Shown: positions 25,433-39,020 of the stretch, in pieces
Layout: each line of letters starts with the position of its first letter
Numbering within the stretch: position 1 is the first letter of the stretch
Assembly (NCBI GenBank): GCA_964016885.1
Contig: OZ024755.1
Location: 20,398,001 to 20,462,000 of the forward strand
Direction of reading: 5' to 3'
Origin: Eledone cirrhosa
Lineage: Eukaryota
Length of the DNA stretch: 64,000 bases
Program-made: the position numbers and the translations under genes
The notes under the pieces: generated by a model
Databases searched by the model: none
Seen by the model: the letters and a program-made list of their open reading frames with translations, nothing else
Told to the model about the DNA's origin: nothing

Positions 25433-26901
25433 TCTTTTTCAACACACATTCGTGTAAAGGAAGTAAAATTGCTCCAACCTTGTAATGAAACGTCGTCACA
25501 TTTTCAGCTTATCCCTTCATTATTCCACACTCCAAAGTTTAACGAATAGGCTTTGAAGACATCCTGTTATAACGATGTGACACACCTGTTTGTATATTTG
25601 TACGAAACGAGGGTAAAACCAAAGTATTCCCCAGACATAATTTCGAACTACCAATGAGAGACTACATGCACACACTCTTACTGACACTTCACATCAGTTA
25701 TTTATAGACATTTCGCCTAGTCCACTTTTAGTTATGCAGGGGTGTTCAGGGTTTTTTCCCTACAACACATCCACTGTCAGTAGTTTCTGTTTAAGTCTTT
25801 CTTTTATGTTTGTTTACTTTTTTGCATATCCAACTATCATATTAAAAGACGCCATCGGGAATTACGGACCTTCTCAACAAACAATATTAACGACCTCCAA
25901 TATACAAAGATACTAAGTTGAAGAGTAATCTGGTTAGTTGCTGAGTTAAAAATTAATTCCAAGAATATATCTTGGAATTAAGTTTGTACGGGTACGATGT
26001 GAACAACTTCTATACTGAAATATGGAAAGGGAAGTTGTTGTTGTTGTTTAACACCGGGTCAACCCTGGCAGGCAGACACATGAGGAAAGTCGGTCAAAGT
26101 ATGACTATACCATTTTGTTTCAAACATAATGTGCTTAAATTCCATTATCCAATGTGTGTTTCCTTTTAAAGACAGTGGTATATTATATGAAGAGGATTTA
26201 GTGGCTATTTCTCATGTAGTAACACTTCGAATAGATCTTTGTGCAATATAGAAAAGTTTGTTATCTCTGAACACCAGTATTTATATACAGGCTCCCTAGA
26301 TGTAAACACACTTGGAGAAGACCGCAATTTATCATTGTTAAAGTTTACATTATATTTACATTACAGACAGATAAAGTAATACAACTAAAGTAATTATCCT
26401 ACCCATTAACACAAGAAAAGTCTACAGTAAACCGAACATCACCAACCATAATTTCCCAGTCAACATTATTCATTAGAATAGTTTGCTACAGTGCAATGTT
26501 TAGATCAGATATTAAATGAGATAAGATACTGAATATGACTGAGTGTAGGGAGCCGATAGTCGGTATGCCTGAGATGGGCAGTGAGCTAAGATCCTGCTGG
26601 CCTACAAAATCGCTCAAATAGGTTGTGTTTATCACCTCTATTGGCCAAACTCCTTCAGATACACTAGCTCAGATACTAGCTGAGGCACTAGCTCAGACAA
26701 GCTCAACAATTGTCAACACAAAGGAGAAGAAGAAGTGTATAAAAGTGAAAAATGCAGGCGAGGAAAAGACAAGGCCAGACTTTCACCTGCTGAGGCCCTT
26801 AGATATATGAAATTTGAGGCCCTTCTCTAAAAGAATTTCGAGTAAAAACATTTTAAATAATTATACATTATTATTATTTTATATTAATATTAATGATAAA
26901 G

Positions 26902-26941
<40 letters not shown>

Positions 26942-26943
<2 letters not shown>

Positions 26944-27125
26944 CGAAGGAAGTGTGGTAAGGAACCAGATGGACCATAACGCACAAGAGTACTCAATACT
27001 TAGGGTAGTAGAGTGGGTAATAGGAAAATGTGGAGTGGGTCTAGAAATAGCCATTTCGACGGCTATTTCTAGACTGAGATAGCCGTCGAAACGGCTTGAG
27101 CTCTGCCGTCGGGGTTATACATTTT

Positions 27126-27129
<4 letters not shown>
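26942..27129 (-). mobile_element. Fold-back element family C, rearranged copy within (TA)n
   Basis: Reverse complement of the family C tail, with (TA)n on both sides and an extra internal hairpin gtctagaaatagcc / ggctatttctagac. Confidence 0.85.
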
Positions 27130-27166
<37 letters not shown>

Positions 27167-27270
27167 AGGGAGTGTAAGATGAAGTTACTGTAGGTTAACC
27201 CAGGTGAGCACTCGATGTTTAGATTCACGTCTGTAGCGAGGTGTAGAGCTAAATAGAGAGTAAATATAAT

Positions 27271-27458
27271 AATTGTTTCTACATTTGGCACAAGGCCAAC
27301 AATTATCCCATTGTATTACTGGTACTTTATTTTATCGACCCCGTAAGAATGAAAGGTAAAGTTAACCTCGGCGGGATTTGAACTCAGACCATAAAGGGCT
27401 GTAACTCTTTGCTGCAAAGCATGGCATCCGACCCTCTACCGATACTGCCAATCCACCG
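27271..27458 (-). mobile_element. Full-length SINE family A with 14-bp TSD
   Basis: gtaaatataataat at 27260-27273 and 27460-27473. Confidence 0.95.
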
Positions 27459-27713
27459 TGTAAATATAATAATACAAGGACGATGTGTTAAGGCCTTCAT
27501 TACGTTTATTGATTGGTAACGCGCGTTTTGCTATTGATCAGCTCAAGGTTCGATCTGTATCGAGCTGGCCCGACTCTGGAATCAAAAGCTCGTCGGACCT
27601 CGGCTGTTGTAATATATATATATATAATCTATTTTTATGATTTAGTGTTAAAGAATAAAAACTAATGATAAAATAAATATATATATTTTTTTAATGAGGT
27701 TGCTGATGGTGAC

Positions 27714-30700
27714 TGGTCATAAGTTACAGCTTATTGGTAGCTTATAGGCAAGTCCAACACTGACTACACTGATACTATGGATGGCGTGTGGTCATAAGCT
27801 ATAGCTTATAGGCAAGTCCAGCACTGACTACACTGATACTATGGATGGCGTGTGGTCATAAGCTATAGCTTATAGGCAAGTCCAGCACTGACTACACTGA
27901 TACTATGGATGGCGTGTGGTCATAAGCTATAGCTTATAGGCAAGTCCAACACTGACTACACTGATACTATGGATGGCGTGTGGTCATAAGCTATAGCTTA
28001 TAGGCAAGTCCAACACTGACTACACTGATACTATGGATGGCGTGTGGTCATAAGCTATAGCTTATAGGCAAGTCCAGCACTGACTACACTGATACTATGG
28101 ATGGCGTGTGGTCATAAGCTATAGCTTATAGGCAAGTCCAGCACTGGCTACACTGATACTATGGATGGCGTGTGGTCATAAGCTATAGCTTATAGGCAAG
28201 TCCAGCACTGACTACACTGATACTATGGATGGCGTGTGGTCATAAGCTATAGCTTATAGGCAAGTCCAGCACTGGCTACACTGATACTATGGATGGCGTG
28301 TGGTCATAAGCTATAGCTTATAGGCAAGTCCAGCACTGACTACACTGATACTATGGATGGCGTGTGGTCATAAGCTATAGCTTATAGGCAAGTCCAGCAC
28401 TGACTACACTGATACTATGGATGGCGTGTGGTCATAAGCTATAGCTTATAGGCAAGTCCAACACTGGCTACACTGATGCTATGGATGGCGTGTGGTCATA
28501 AGCTATAGCTTATAGGCAAGTCCAGGACTGACTACACTGATACTATGGATGGCGTGTGGTCATAAGCTATAGCGTATAGGCAAGTCCAACAATGGCTACA
28601 CTGATGCCGTGGATGGCGTGTGGTCATAAGCTATAGCTTATAGGCAAGTCCAGCACTGACTACACTGATACTATGGATGGCGTGTGGTCATAAGCTATAG
28701 CTTATAGGCAAGTCCAACACTGGCTACACTGATGCTATGGATGGCGTGTGGTCATAAGCTATAGCTTATAGGCAAGTCCAGCACTGACTACACTGATACT
28801 ATGGATGGCGTGTGGTCATAAGCTATAGCGTATAGGCAAGTCCAACAATGGCTACACTGATGCCGTGGATGGCGTGTGGTCATAAGCTATAGCTTATAGG
28901 CAAGTCCAGCACTGACTACACTGATACTATGGATGGCGTGTGGTCATAAGCTATAGCTTATAGGCAAGTCCAGCACTGACTACACTGATACTATGGATGG
29001 CGTGTGGTCATAAGCTATAGCTTATAGGCAAGTCCAGCACTGACTACACTGATACTATGGATGGCGTGTGGTCATAAGCTATAGCTTATAGGCAAGTCCA
29101 GCACTGACTACACTGATACCATGGATGGCGTGTGGTCATAAGCTATAGCTTATAGGCAAGTCCAGCACTGACTACACTGATACTATGGATGGCGTGTGGT
29201 CATAAGCTATAGCTTATAGGCAAGTCCAACACTGGCTACACTGATGCTATGGATGGCGTGTGGTCATAAGCTATAGCTTATAGGCAAGTCCAGCACTGAC
29301 TACACTGATACTATGGATGGCGTGTGGTCATAAGCTATAGCTTATAGGCAAGTCCAGCACTGACTACACTGATACTATGGATGGCGTGTGGTCATAAGCT
29401 ATAGCGTATAGGCAAGTCCAACAATGGCTACACTGATACTATGGATGGCGTGTGGTCATAAGCTATAGCTTATAGGCAAGTCCAACACTGGCTACACTGA
29501 TGCTATGGATGGCGTGTGGTCATAAGCTATAGCTTATAGGCAAGTCCAACACTGACTACACTGATACTATGGATGGCGTGTGGTCATAAGCTATAGCTTA
29601 TAGGCAAGTCCAGCACTGACTACACTGATACTATGGATGGCGTGTGGTCATAAGCTATAGCTTATAGGCAAGTCCAACACTGGCTACACTGATTCTATGG
29701 ATGGCGTGTGGTCATAAGCTATAGCTTATAGGCAAGTCCAACACTGACTACACTGATACTATGGATGGCGTGTGGTCATAAGCTATAGCTTATAGGCAAG
29801 TCCAGCACTGACTACACTGATACTATGGATGGCGTGTGGTCATAAGCTATAGCTTATAGGCAAGTCCAGCACTGACTACACTGATACTATGGATGGCGTG
29901 TGGTCATAAGCTATAGCTTATAGGCAAGTCCAGCACTGGCTACACTGATACTATGGATGGCGTGTGGTCATAAGCTATAGCTTATAGGCAAGTCCAGCAC
30001 TGACTACACTGATACTATGGATGGCGTGTGGTCATAAGCTATAGCTTATAGGCAAGTCCAACACTGGCTACACTGATACTATGGATGGCGTGTGGTCATA
30101 AGCTATAGCTTATAGGCAAGTCCAACACTGGCTACACTGATGCTATGGATGGCGTGTGGTCATAAGCTATAGCTTATAGGCAAGTCCAACACTGACTACA
30201 CTGATACTATGGATGGCGTGTGGTCATAAGCTATAGCTTATAGGCAAGTCCAGCACTGACTACACTGATACTATGGATGGCGTGTGGTCATAAGCTATAG
30301 CTTATAGGCAAGTCCAACACTGGCTACACTGATGCTATGGATGGCGTGTGGTCATAAGCTATAGCTTATAGGCAAGTCCAACACTGACTACACTGATACT
30401 ATGGATGGCGTGTGGTCATAAGCTATAGCTTATAGGCAAGTCCAGCACTGACTACACTGATACTATGGATGGCGTGTGGTCATAAGCTATAGCTTATAGG
30501 CAAGTCCAACACTGGCTACACTGATGCTATGGATGGCGTGTGGTCATAAGCTATAGCTTATAGGCAAGTCCAACACTGACTACACTGATACTATGGATGG
30601 CGTGTGGTCATAAGCTATAGCTTATAGGCAAGTCCAGCACTGACTACACTGATGCTATGGATGGCGTGTGGTCATAAGCTATAGCTTATAGGCAAGTCCA

Positions 30701-32371
30701 ACACTGGCTACACTGATGCTATGGATGGCGTGTGGTCATAAGCTATAGCTTATAGGCAAGTCCAGCACTGACTACACTGATACTATGGATGGCGTGTGGT
30801 CATAAGCTATAGCTTATAGGCAAGTCCAGCACTGACTACACTGATGCTATGGATGGCGTGTGGTCATAAGCTATAGCTTATAGGCAAGTCCAGCACTGAC
30901 TACACTGATGCCGTGGATGGCGTGTGGTCATAAGCTATAGCTTATAGGCAAGTCCAACACTGACTACACTGATGCTATGGATGGCGTGTGGTCATAAGCT
31001 ATAGCTTATAGGCAAGTCCAGCACTGACTACACTGATACTATGGATGGCGTGTGGTCATAAGCTATAGCTTATAGGCAAGTCCAGCACTGACTACACCGA
31101 TGCCATGGATAGCGTGTGGTCATAAGCTATAGCTTATAGGCAAGTCCAGCACTGACTACACTGATACCATGGATGGCGTGTGGTCATAAGCTATAGCTTA
31201 TAGGCAAGTCCAACAATGGCTACACTGATACTATGGATGGCGTGTGGTCATAAGCTATAGCTTATAGGCAAGTCCAACACTGACTACACTGATACTATGG
31301 ATGGCGTGTGGTCATAAGCTATAGCTTATAGGCAAGTCCAGCACTGACTACACTGATACTATGGATGGCGTGTGGTCATAAGCTATAGCTTATAGGCAAG
31401 TCCAACACTGACTACACTGATACTATGGATGGCGTGTGGTCATAAGCTATAGCTTATAGGCAAGTCCAACACTGACTACACTGATACTATGGATGGCGTG
31501 TGGTCATAAGCTATAGCTTATAGGCAAGTCCAGCACTGACTACACTGATACTATGGATGGCGTGTGGTTATAAGCTATAGCTTATAGGCAAGTCCAGCAC
31601 TGACTACACTGATACTATGGATGGCGTGTGGTCATAAGCTATAGCTTATAGGCAAGTCCAGCACTGACTACACTGATACTATGGATGGCGTGTGGTTATA
31701 AGCTATAGCTTATAGGCAAGTCCAGCACTGACTACACTGATACTATGGATGGCGTGTGGTCATAAGCTATAGCTTATAGGCAAGTCCAGCACTGGCTACA
31801 CTGATGCCGTGGATGGCGTGTGGTCATAAGCTATAGCTTATAGGCAAGTCCAACACTGACTACACTGATGCTATGGATGGCGTGTGGTCATAAGCTATAG
31901 CTTATAGGCAAGTCCAACACTGACTACACTGATACTATGGATGGCGTGTGGTCATAAGCTATAGCTTATAGGCAAGTCCAGCACTGGCTACACTGATACT
32001 ATGGATGGCGTGTGGTCATAAGCTATAGCTTATAGGCAAGTCCAGCACTGACTACACTGATACTATGGATGGCGTGTGGTCATAAGCTATAGCTTATAGG
32101 CAAGTCCAACACTGACTACACTGATACTATGGATGGCGTGTGGTCATAAGCTATAGCTTATAGGCAAGTCCAGCACTGACTACACTGATACTATGGATGG
32201 CGTGTGGTCATAAGCTATAGCTTATAGGCAAGTCCAGCACTGACTACACTGATACTATGGATGGCGTGTGGTCATAAGCTATAGCTTATAGGCAAGTCCA
32301 ACACTGACTACACTGATACTATGGATGGCGTGTGGTCATAAGCTATAGCTTATAGGCAAGTCCAGCACTGA
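27714..32371. repeat. 64-bp satellite array, about 73 copies
   Basis: Unit tggtcataagctatagcttataggcaagtccaRcactgRctacactgatRctatggatggcgtg; highly homogeneous; contains the 16-bp palindrome ataagctatagcttat. Confidence 0.98.
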
Positions 32372-32822
32372 GGAAAAGTAATGGCAAGTTCAATATTCGG
32401 AGCTAAATTTCTTAGCAGCCGATTAAAAACTAGATCTCATAAAAACAATCCATGTATAAAATCTTTAGAAAAGATTCAAGGTAAAAGTTTGAAAACTAGA
32501 AACGTTGAACCTAGAAATAAGAATATCCATCGGTGATTTTTGTATCAAATAATGGAAAGCACTTAGTTTGTAGAGTTGAAATTAACCACTGATCAACGGA
32601 ATAATTCACCGAACTTAAGAGAAACGACCGTTTCCACGTGATCAAACAGCTCAGATTTATCATTTTCGCTGATAATGATGTCACAAAGAAGTTGTCATCA
32701 GCAAAACTAAAAAGGTTAGACAGGATATCATCTGGAAAATCATGATATTATCCGGAAGATAATTAATAAAAAGTTAAAACAAAACCTATATATATATATA
32801 TATATATACATACATATACATA

Positions 32823-32901
32823 CAGGGTGTCCCAAACAAATGTATGCATATATTTATAAGAATGCTTTTGAAGTGTGAATACATTTTTTTAGCACACCCT
32901 G
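32823..32901. mobile_element. Very short Tc1/mariner-type MITE
   Basis: TIRs cagggtgtcccaaacaaatgtat / atacattttttagcacaccctg, preceded by TA and embedded in a microsatellite. Confidence 0.65.
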
Positions 32902-33129
32902 TGTGTACATATATACATGTGTGTGTGTATATATATATATATATGTGTGTATATATATATATATGTGTGTATATATATATATGTGTGTGTATATATATAT
33001 ATGTGTGTGTGTATATATATATATATATATGTGTGTATATATATATATGTGTGTATATATATGTATATATATATATATGTGTGTATATATATATATGTGT
33101 GTATATATATATATGTATATATATATATG

Positions 33130-33161
<32 letters not shown>

Positions 33162-33181
33162 TATATGTGTGTATGTATATG

Positions 33182-33214
<33 letters not shown>

Positions 33215-33265
33215 GTATATATATATATATATATATGTGTGTATATATATATGTGTGTATATATA

Positions 33266-33314
<49 letters not shown>

Positions 33315-33471
33315 ATATATATATATATGTATATATATGTGTGTGTGTATATATATATATATGTATATATATATATGTGTGTGTATATATATGTGTATAT
33401 ATATATATATGTGTGTATATATATATGTATATATATATATGTGTGTATATATATATGTATATATATATATA

Positions 33472-33506
<35 letters not shown>

Positions 33507-33597
33507 GTGTATATATATATATATATATGTGTGTGTATATATATATATATATATGTGTGTATATATATATATATATGTGTGTGTATATATATATATA

Positions 33598-33691
<94 letters not shown>

Positions 33692-33695
33692 CATA
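32902..33695. repeat. Compound (TA)n/(TG)n microsatellite
   Basis: Direct inspection. Confidence 0.98.
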
Positions 33696-33748
33696 TAAAC
33701 ATGTAGCTAGGTAGGTATACATAAATTTATATCGTAATTCTCAGGGCA

Positions 33749-33803
<55 letters not shown>

Positions 33804-34020
33804 ACATGAATATCGTATCCTCATCATCATCACCTCTTTTTTTTCCTTTCAGTATAATAGTAGAGCATCCATGAAGAACAAGGAGAAAGAATATATTGGT
33901 AAAGTCATAAGTGAGAGAATGAGAATTAGATATATAAACTATAATAAACGAAGGTCTGCGGGACTGCGTACAGTTTTTTTTTATCCCGTTAGTAAAATAA
34001 GTTGGATTACTTTGAATAAA

Positions 34021-34102
34021 TAATTGTTTCTACTTTAGGCACAAGGCCAGCAATTACCCAGTGCATTACTGGTACTTTATTTTGTCGACCCCGTAAGGAT
34101 GA
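34021..34102 (-). mobile_element. SINE family A, 3' fragment
   Basis: Tail and part of the core. Confidence 0.85.
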
Positions 34103-34612
34103 ATAAATAATGAATGAATATTACATAATTTATCTACTAAATTTCGTAAACAAAAATAATTTCGTAAAAATAAATAATTTAAAATTGACTTATTTTCAAA
34201 GTTGCACTTCCGGTATATCGTTGCCACCACCACCACTTCAACTACCATATATATATAGAAAGAGAGAGTGTGTGATGTAAGCACTTCCGGTGGCGATCAC
34301 TTAAATAAACATACTAATTTTCTCCTAATGCAGTTCATATATAATATCGTGTAACAACGTCTTCGTTCAATTTCTGTTTATATTGTCAATTACGATTTAA
34401 TTTAATGTATCATATGTACATGTATATATACTTGCGTGTAATATCAATATACACACTACACATGCTAGCAGAAAACCACCCGACTGTGGTTTTTCTGCTA
34501 GTATATATAAATATATATAGCAATAATAATAAATGTGAAGACTAAAATCCAAAGAGGGTTCGATAAGGATATATATATATCAAATATATAAAAACCATAG
34601 AGCAAATATTTA

Positions 34613-34768
34613 TTAAAATAACAGATTAAAGTTTAAGCAAAGAATCGCTGCTTTCACTCTTAACGGATCTTCTGAAACTAAAACAAAAAAATCAATTTTT
34701 AGTTTCAGAAGATCCCGTTAAGGGTGAATGCAACAATTCTTTGCTTAAACTTTAATCTGTCATTTTAA
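34613..34768. repeat. Inverted repeat (arms of about 70 bp) containing a decayed hammerhead-like motif
   Basis: Arms at 34613-34683 and 34697-34768. The right arm includes cagaaga-t-ccc-gttaa-ggg-t-gaat; the left arm's reverse complement has gaaa at the equivalent site. Confidence 0.75.
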
Positions 34769-34787
34769 TTTTTTTTTTTTAAATATG

Positions 34788-34825
<38 letters not shown>

Positions 34826-34828
<3 letters not shown>

Positions 34829-34925
34829 TCAGATCGCTGAAGCTCCCAGAGCAGATGACGAAGGACCGTGACGAATGGAGAGATGCTGTGCTGAAAAGGA
34901 CCCGTCCCACCCTTACAGGCAAGGA
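34826..34925 (+). mobile_element. Short LINE (RTE-like) 3' fragment
   Basis: Translates LRSLKLPEQMTKDRDEWRDAVLKRTRPT, containing the DR..WR motif. Confidence 0.55.
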
Positions 34926-34952
34926 AAGCGGACGTAAAACGATTATTATTGT

Positions 34953-35490
34953 GAATTGGCAGTATGAGTAGAGGGTTGGATGCCATGCTTTCTAGCATAG
35001 TTACGTCCGTTTACGGTCTGAGTTCAAATCCCGTCGAGGTTAACGTTGCCTTTCATCCTTATGGGGTCGATAAAATAAAGTACCAGTCACGCACTGGGGT
35101 CGATTTAATAGACTCCCCCCCCCCCCCCAAAAAAAAAAAATTGCTGGCCTTGTGTCTATATAAGAAACGAATTGGCAGTATCGGTAGAGGGTTGGACGCC
35201 ATGCTTTCTAGCATAGTTACGACCCTTGCCATTCTGAGTTCAAATCCCGCCGAGGTTAACTTTCATCGTTACGGGGTCGATAAAATAAAGTACCAGTAAT
35301 GTACTGTGTGATTGCTGGCCTTGTGCCAAAAGTAGAAACAATTATTATTACCTATGCACTGCATATAGTTGCATCCCTTTATGTTTTGAATTCAATTCCG
35401 CCAAGCGTAGCTTTGCCTTTCGTCCTTACGGGGTCGATAAAATAAGGTACCAGTAATGCACTGGGTTGATTTTATCGACATCTCCCTCCC
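34953..35490 (+). mobile_element. Three head-to-tail SINE family A copies
   Basis: Long variant at about 34953-35170, short variant at 35171-35348, and a diverged partial copy at 35355-35490. Confidence 0.9.
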
Positions 35491-36012
35491 ATTATTACGT
35501 ATGCATCTGGTTCAAACATTATTTAGCTGTAATTATTTCAAGTCTTCTTGTTGCTATTTTAAAATTTATTCTGTTTTATGTTCACCAATTCTTTGCTCTG
35601 CTCAGTTCGTGATTTTTATATGGTGAAGTTTCAGTCGATATCGGCCCATTTTATTTTCAATGCTTTTGCTCACACATTCCCAGAATCATCTCGTATATAA
35701 AATTGCTTGGACAACATAAAATCAATACAAAATCTTATCCAAATATATAATTCGATTTAGACTATGAGAAGATGAATCAATGAACTGAGGCAAAGACTTT
35801 AGTACAGAAATTAAGGCTCCAATTTCAATAATGTCTGGAAAATATATATTTTCAAAAATATGCAATTAATACAGATTCAAGCATTATCCTTATTTTCGCT
35901 ATTAATTCTGTCATTGTGTTCTTAATAAATCGAACCAAATTAATGTTCTCGTTAACTCTAAAAGGAAAACTGATACAGATTTGTATCTTCAGGCCTCTTT
36001 CTTCTTTCCATA

Positions 36013-36314
36013 TCCGTAACTCCTGAGGGAGTTATAGCGAAATTTGGCGAAACACATCTCCTCTCAGGGTCTGAATACAGCAGATTTCTTCAAAAGGAAG
36101 ACAGACGGAATGAGAAAATGAGAGAATGAAAGCGAGAAAGAGATATAGAAGAAGAATCGACTCCAATACTAAACTGGTCCTTTTTTTTATCGACCTCGAA
36201 AGAATGAAAGGCAAAATTGACCTTGACGGGATTTGAACTCAGAGAGTAGAGAGCTGAAATTAATACCACAAAGTATTCTATCCGACTTTCTAACACCTCT
36301 GCCAATTCGCCGCC
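36013..36314 (-). mobile_element. SINE with a family A-like head and core but a different, longer 3' tail
   Basis: Shares its tail (ccgtaac..ctg..ggagtt.tag and ggtctgaata..gcagatttcttc on the plus strand) with 62281-62630. Confidence 0.75.
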
Positions 36315-37387
36315 ACCTAAAGGAAAACTCAGAGATATACAACTTATAAATTTCTTTATCTTAAAATCCCCTTCGAGAAGATCCGTATTCCTTTGTATTC
36401 ATGACTATTACCATTATTGTTTAACTGTAGAAAATTGATGTTTCACATAAATTACTGTTAATTGAATGCTTAGGTTATTAGTTTTCCATTAAACTATTCA
36501 TGTAGTACAATATATCGTTTGTTTTAGAATACCTTCTGTAATATGTTAAACAAATGTAGATTTAGACAATATAATGTTAAAACTATATTACTGTCTGGTG
36601 TTCTTGTCTGGTAATTTTGATCGATTAAAGTAAAAGAAGAATTATTCTTAAGAATAACGTCTTGTTACCTTATTAATCGACTTGAATTCTTTACATCATG
36701 AAATACTTATGTTCAAATAACCACACACACCCTCAATTCATCGATCAGCTTTTGTAATTGTTAGCAGCTTTCCTGTGGGCAATTTCACTAATAAGTGAAC
36801 ACCAGGTTATTATGGCTAAAGGCAAAATTGCAGTCTGCGAATGATAAGTATATAGCTGAATTATATCGTTATAGCAAAAAGTATATTACACGGATATGAC
36901 AGATAAATAACTTCCATATAATTGATCATCATCAATCGTCTTGACCAATTCGAAATTTGATTTGTTACTAAACTTTATTATTAGAACGCCTTCCGAATAC
37001 CATCACGACAATATGTTATTTTCGTTCTGGTATCTTGCCTAACAGAAATAATATATTGTCCAGCATTCTGATAAACCTGTTCTCGCTTTATAAAACAATT
37101 TTAAATTGTTTCCTTGTATTTTTTTTTATATTAGATTCTGCATAGTAACTATCCAGAAGTCTCATTAATATTTCAAACTTTTACTGATTTCCGTTATTGA
37201 ACCGCGGCCATGTTGCGGCATTACTTTGAGTGCTTTAGTCGATCATATCGTCTGGAATACTTATTTTAGTCAAGTCCTATATCGGTCTTTATTTATTGAA
37301 TCACTAAGTTGTGTTATACAATTTATACCAGATCAGACACAGGCAAATAAACACATACACATATATATGTGTCTGTGTGCCTGTGTG

Positions 37388-37429
<42 letters not shown>

Positions 37430-37584
37430 TTATTATTATTATACGGGGCTAAACGACCAGGCTAGTGGAATGAGTAGGAAGAAAGCTATCTAGCCGTAAA
37501 CCTCAGCGAATATGTACCATGGAAATAAAAAGAAACCTGAATACAACTGCATATGGCCTTCGATCTATTTAATATACTCTCTCT

Positions 37585-37630
<46 letters not shown>

Positions 37631-37635
<5 letters not shown>

Positions 37636-37818
37636 TCAGTGCTCCTTTGGGAGCCCCTACATGGACACACTAGAAGAGGAAGACCAAGGTTAACATATGT
37701 TGATGCCCTAAGGACAGACACTGGTCTGTTGGAGACGCAGGACATGGCAGCGATAATGAGGGACAGAGACCGCTGGAGAGAACTCGTCCATGGATCTCGG
37801 GAATTTTACCCGCCTTAG
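37631..37818 (+). mobile_element. RTE-like LINE 3' end, same family as 16687
   Basis: Near-identical to 16746-16932; encodes ...RRGRPRLTYVDAL...DRDRWRELV; lies between (TA)n and (TG)n. Confidence 0.88.
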
Positions 37819-37882
<64 letters not shown>

Positions 37883-39020
37883 TTTTATAAAGTGATTCTT
37901 GTTGCGGTGGAGTTTCGCCTGTTTATCACAGAGTCATCAGAGACAGGCCCTTGGAATAACAACATCAAACGCAGGTCTGTCTCCATATCAATACATTACA
38001 GTGTCGTACAATTAGACTATCTGAAGACGTCGTGTCATGGATTGAGTCATTGTATCATGACGTAACCACTGCACCACAGAAATGCGTATTATGGTTAATT
38101 AAGTAATAAAAGAAATTATGAAATCTATCCTATTGTATTATTAATGTATTTAATCCCGCCCTGTACTTCCCATGCAATAACACGTCAAAAATTAGTAGAA
38201 TACACATGACACTGAGAGATGTTTCCTTATTACACCAAGGTTTTGCTGATTGGAGCGACATAATCACATCTCCAGCTAACAATTAGGAAACACTCTTTGA
38301 CAAAAGCATATACAACAGACTTCTTCACAGTACCTGTCTACTAAATTCCACTCATAAGACATTTGCCAAGCTGAATAGAAGAGAAACGAAATGAAAATCG
38401 GGAAGATTGGACGAAGGTTGGATGCAATTTACTTGTTTAATGCAGAATAGTAATAGCCGTAGAGTGGAATCTCAGCACGTATGTGCATCAGGTGAACTAG
38501 CTATGTTAACGTGCTAGGGGGTGAAAACTTGCCAACCAGATAGATGCAATTTTGGATAATGTCAGGTTGTTTATGTGAAGAGGACGGCAACTGATCAGAA
38601 CTGAATTATTTTCTCTCCTTTACAAGGAAACCATTTCTTTATATTGCCCCGATAAGCCATCAACAGATTCTCACGACTGGAATATGTTGAGGTTTTGAAG
38701 GTTTTATGTGTGTTGTTAAACTAGACGTTGTACAAATCTTGTTCTCTTGATGTGTGTCGGAGTTATTTATGTATTGTAATTATCAAAGGAGATGTTATTG
38801 TCATTGATGTCCAACATTGGGAAAAGTGCTAAGATTGCTGTTAATAGAATTAGTTGAAATCTAATGTGAAGTGTCTACCTTTACTGCACGTGAAAGATGT
38901 CCATATGTAGAATGTTAAGGATAAGTGAAAAGTGACATTTCATGAATAGTAAGTAATAAGTGTTGTAGAATTGAAAGTAACAACACCTTTATTTTTAATG
39001 TATACAGAATGAAGAATTGA

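Noticed and set aside
24999-25549. Poly-His, poly-Asp, poly-Met or poly-Ser ORFs
   Set aside because: All derive from a (GAT)n tract that looks like the tail of a LINE fragment.
27714-32371. CRISPR-like array (regular palindromic repeats)
   Set aside because: The sequence between palindromes is nearly identical in every unit, so there are no unique spacers. There are no cas genes and the context is eukaryotic.
32786-33722. ORFs of 260-300 aa rich in Y, I, H and T
   Set aside because: Dinucleotide microsatellites lack stop codons. The same applies to the ORFs at 15.8-16.3, 40-43.8, 56.6-57.2 and 60-61 kb.
34463-34503. Short hairpin gctagcagaaaaccac / gtggtttttctgctag as a terminator or Helitron end
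   Set aside because: Bacterial-type terminators are irrelevant here and there is no second copy in the window to define an element.
37905-37945. Hammerhead candidate on the minus strand (ctgatga-ctctgt-gataa-acaggc-gaaa)
   Set aside because: The core and a short stem II are present, but stem III and the 3' strand of stem I are missing; at best a decayed remnant.
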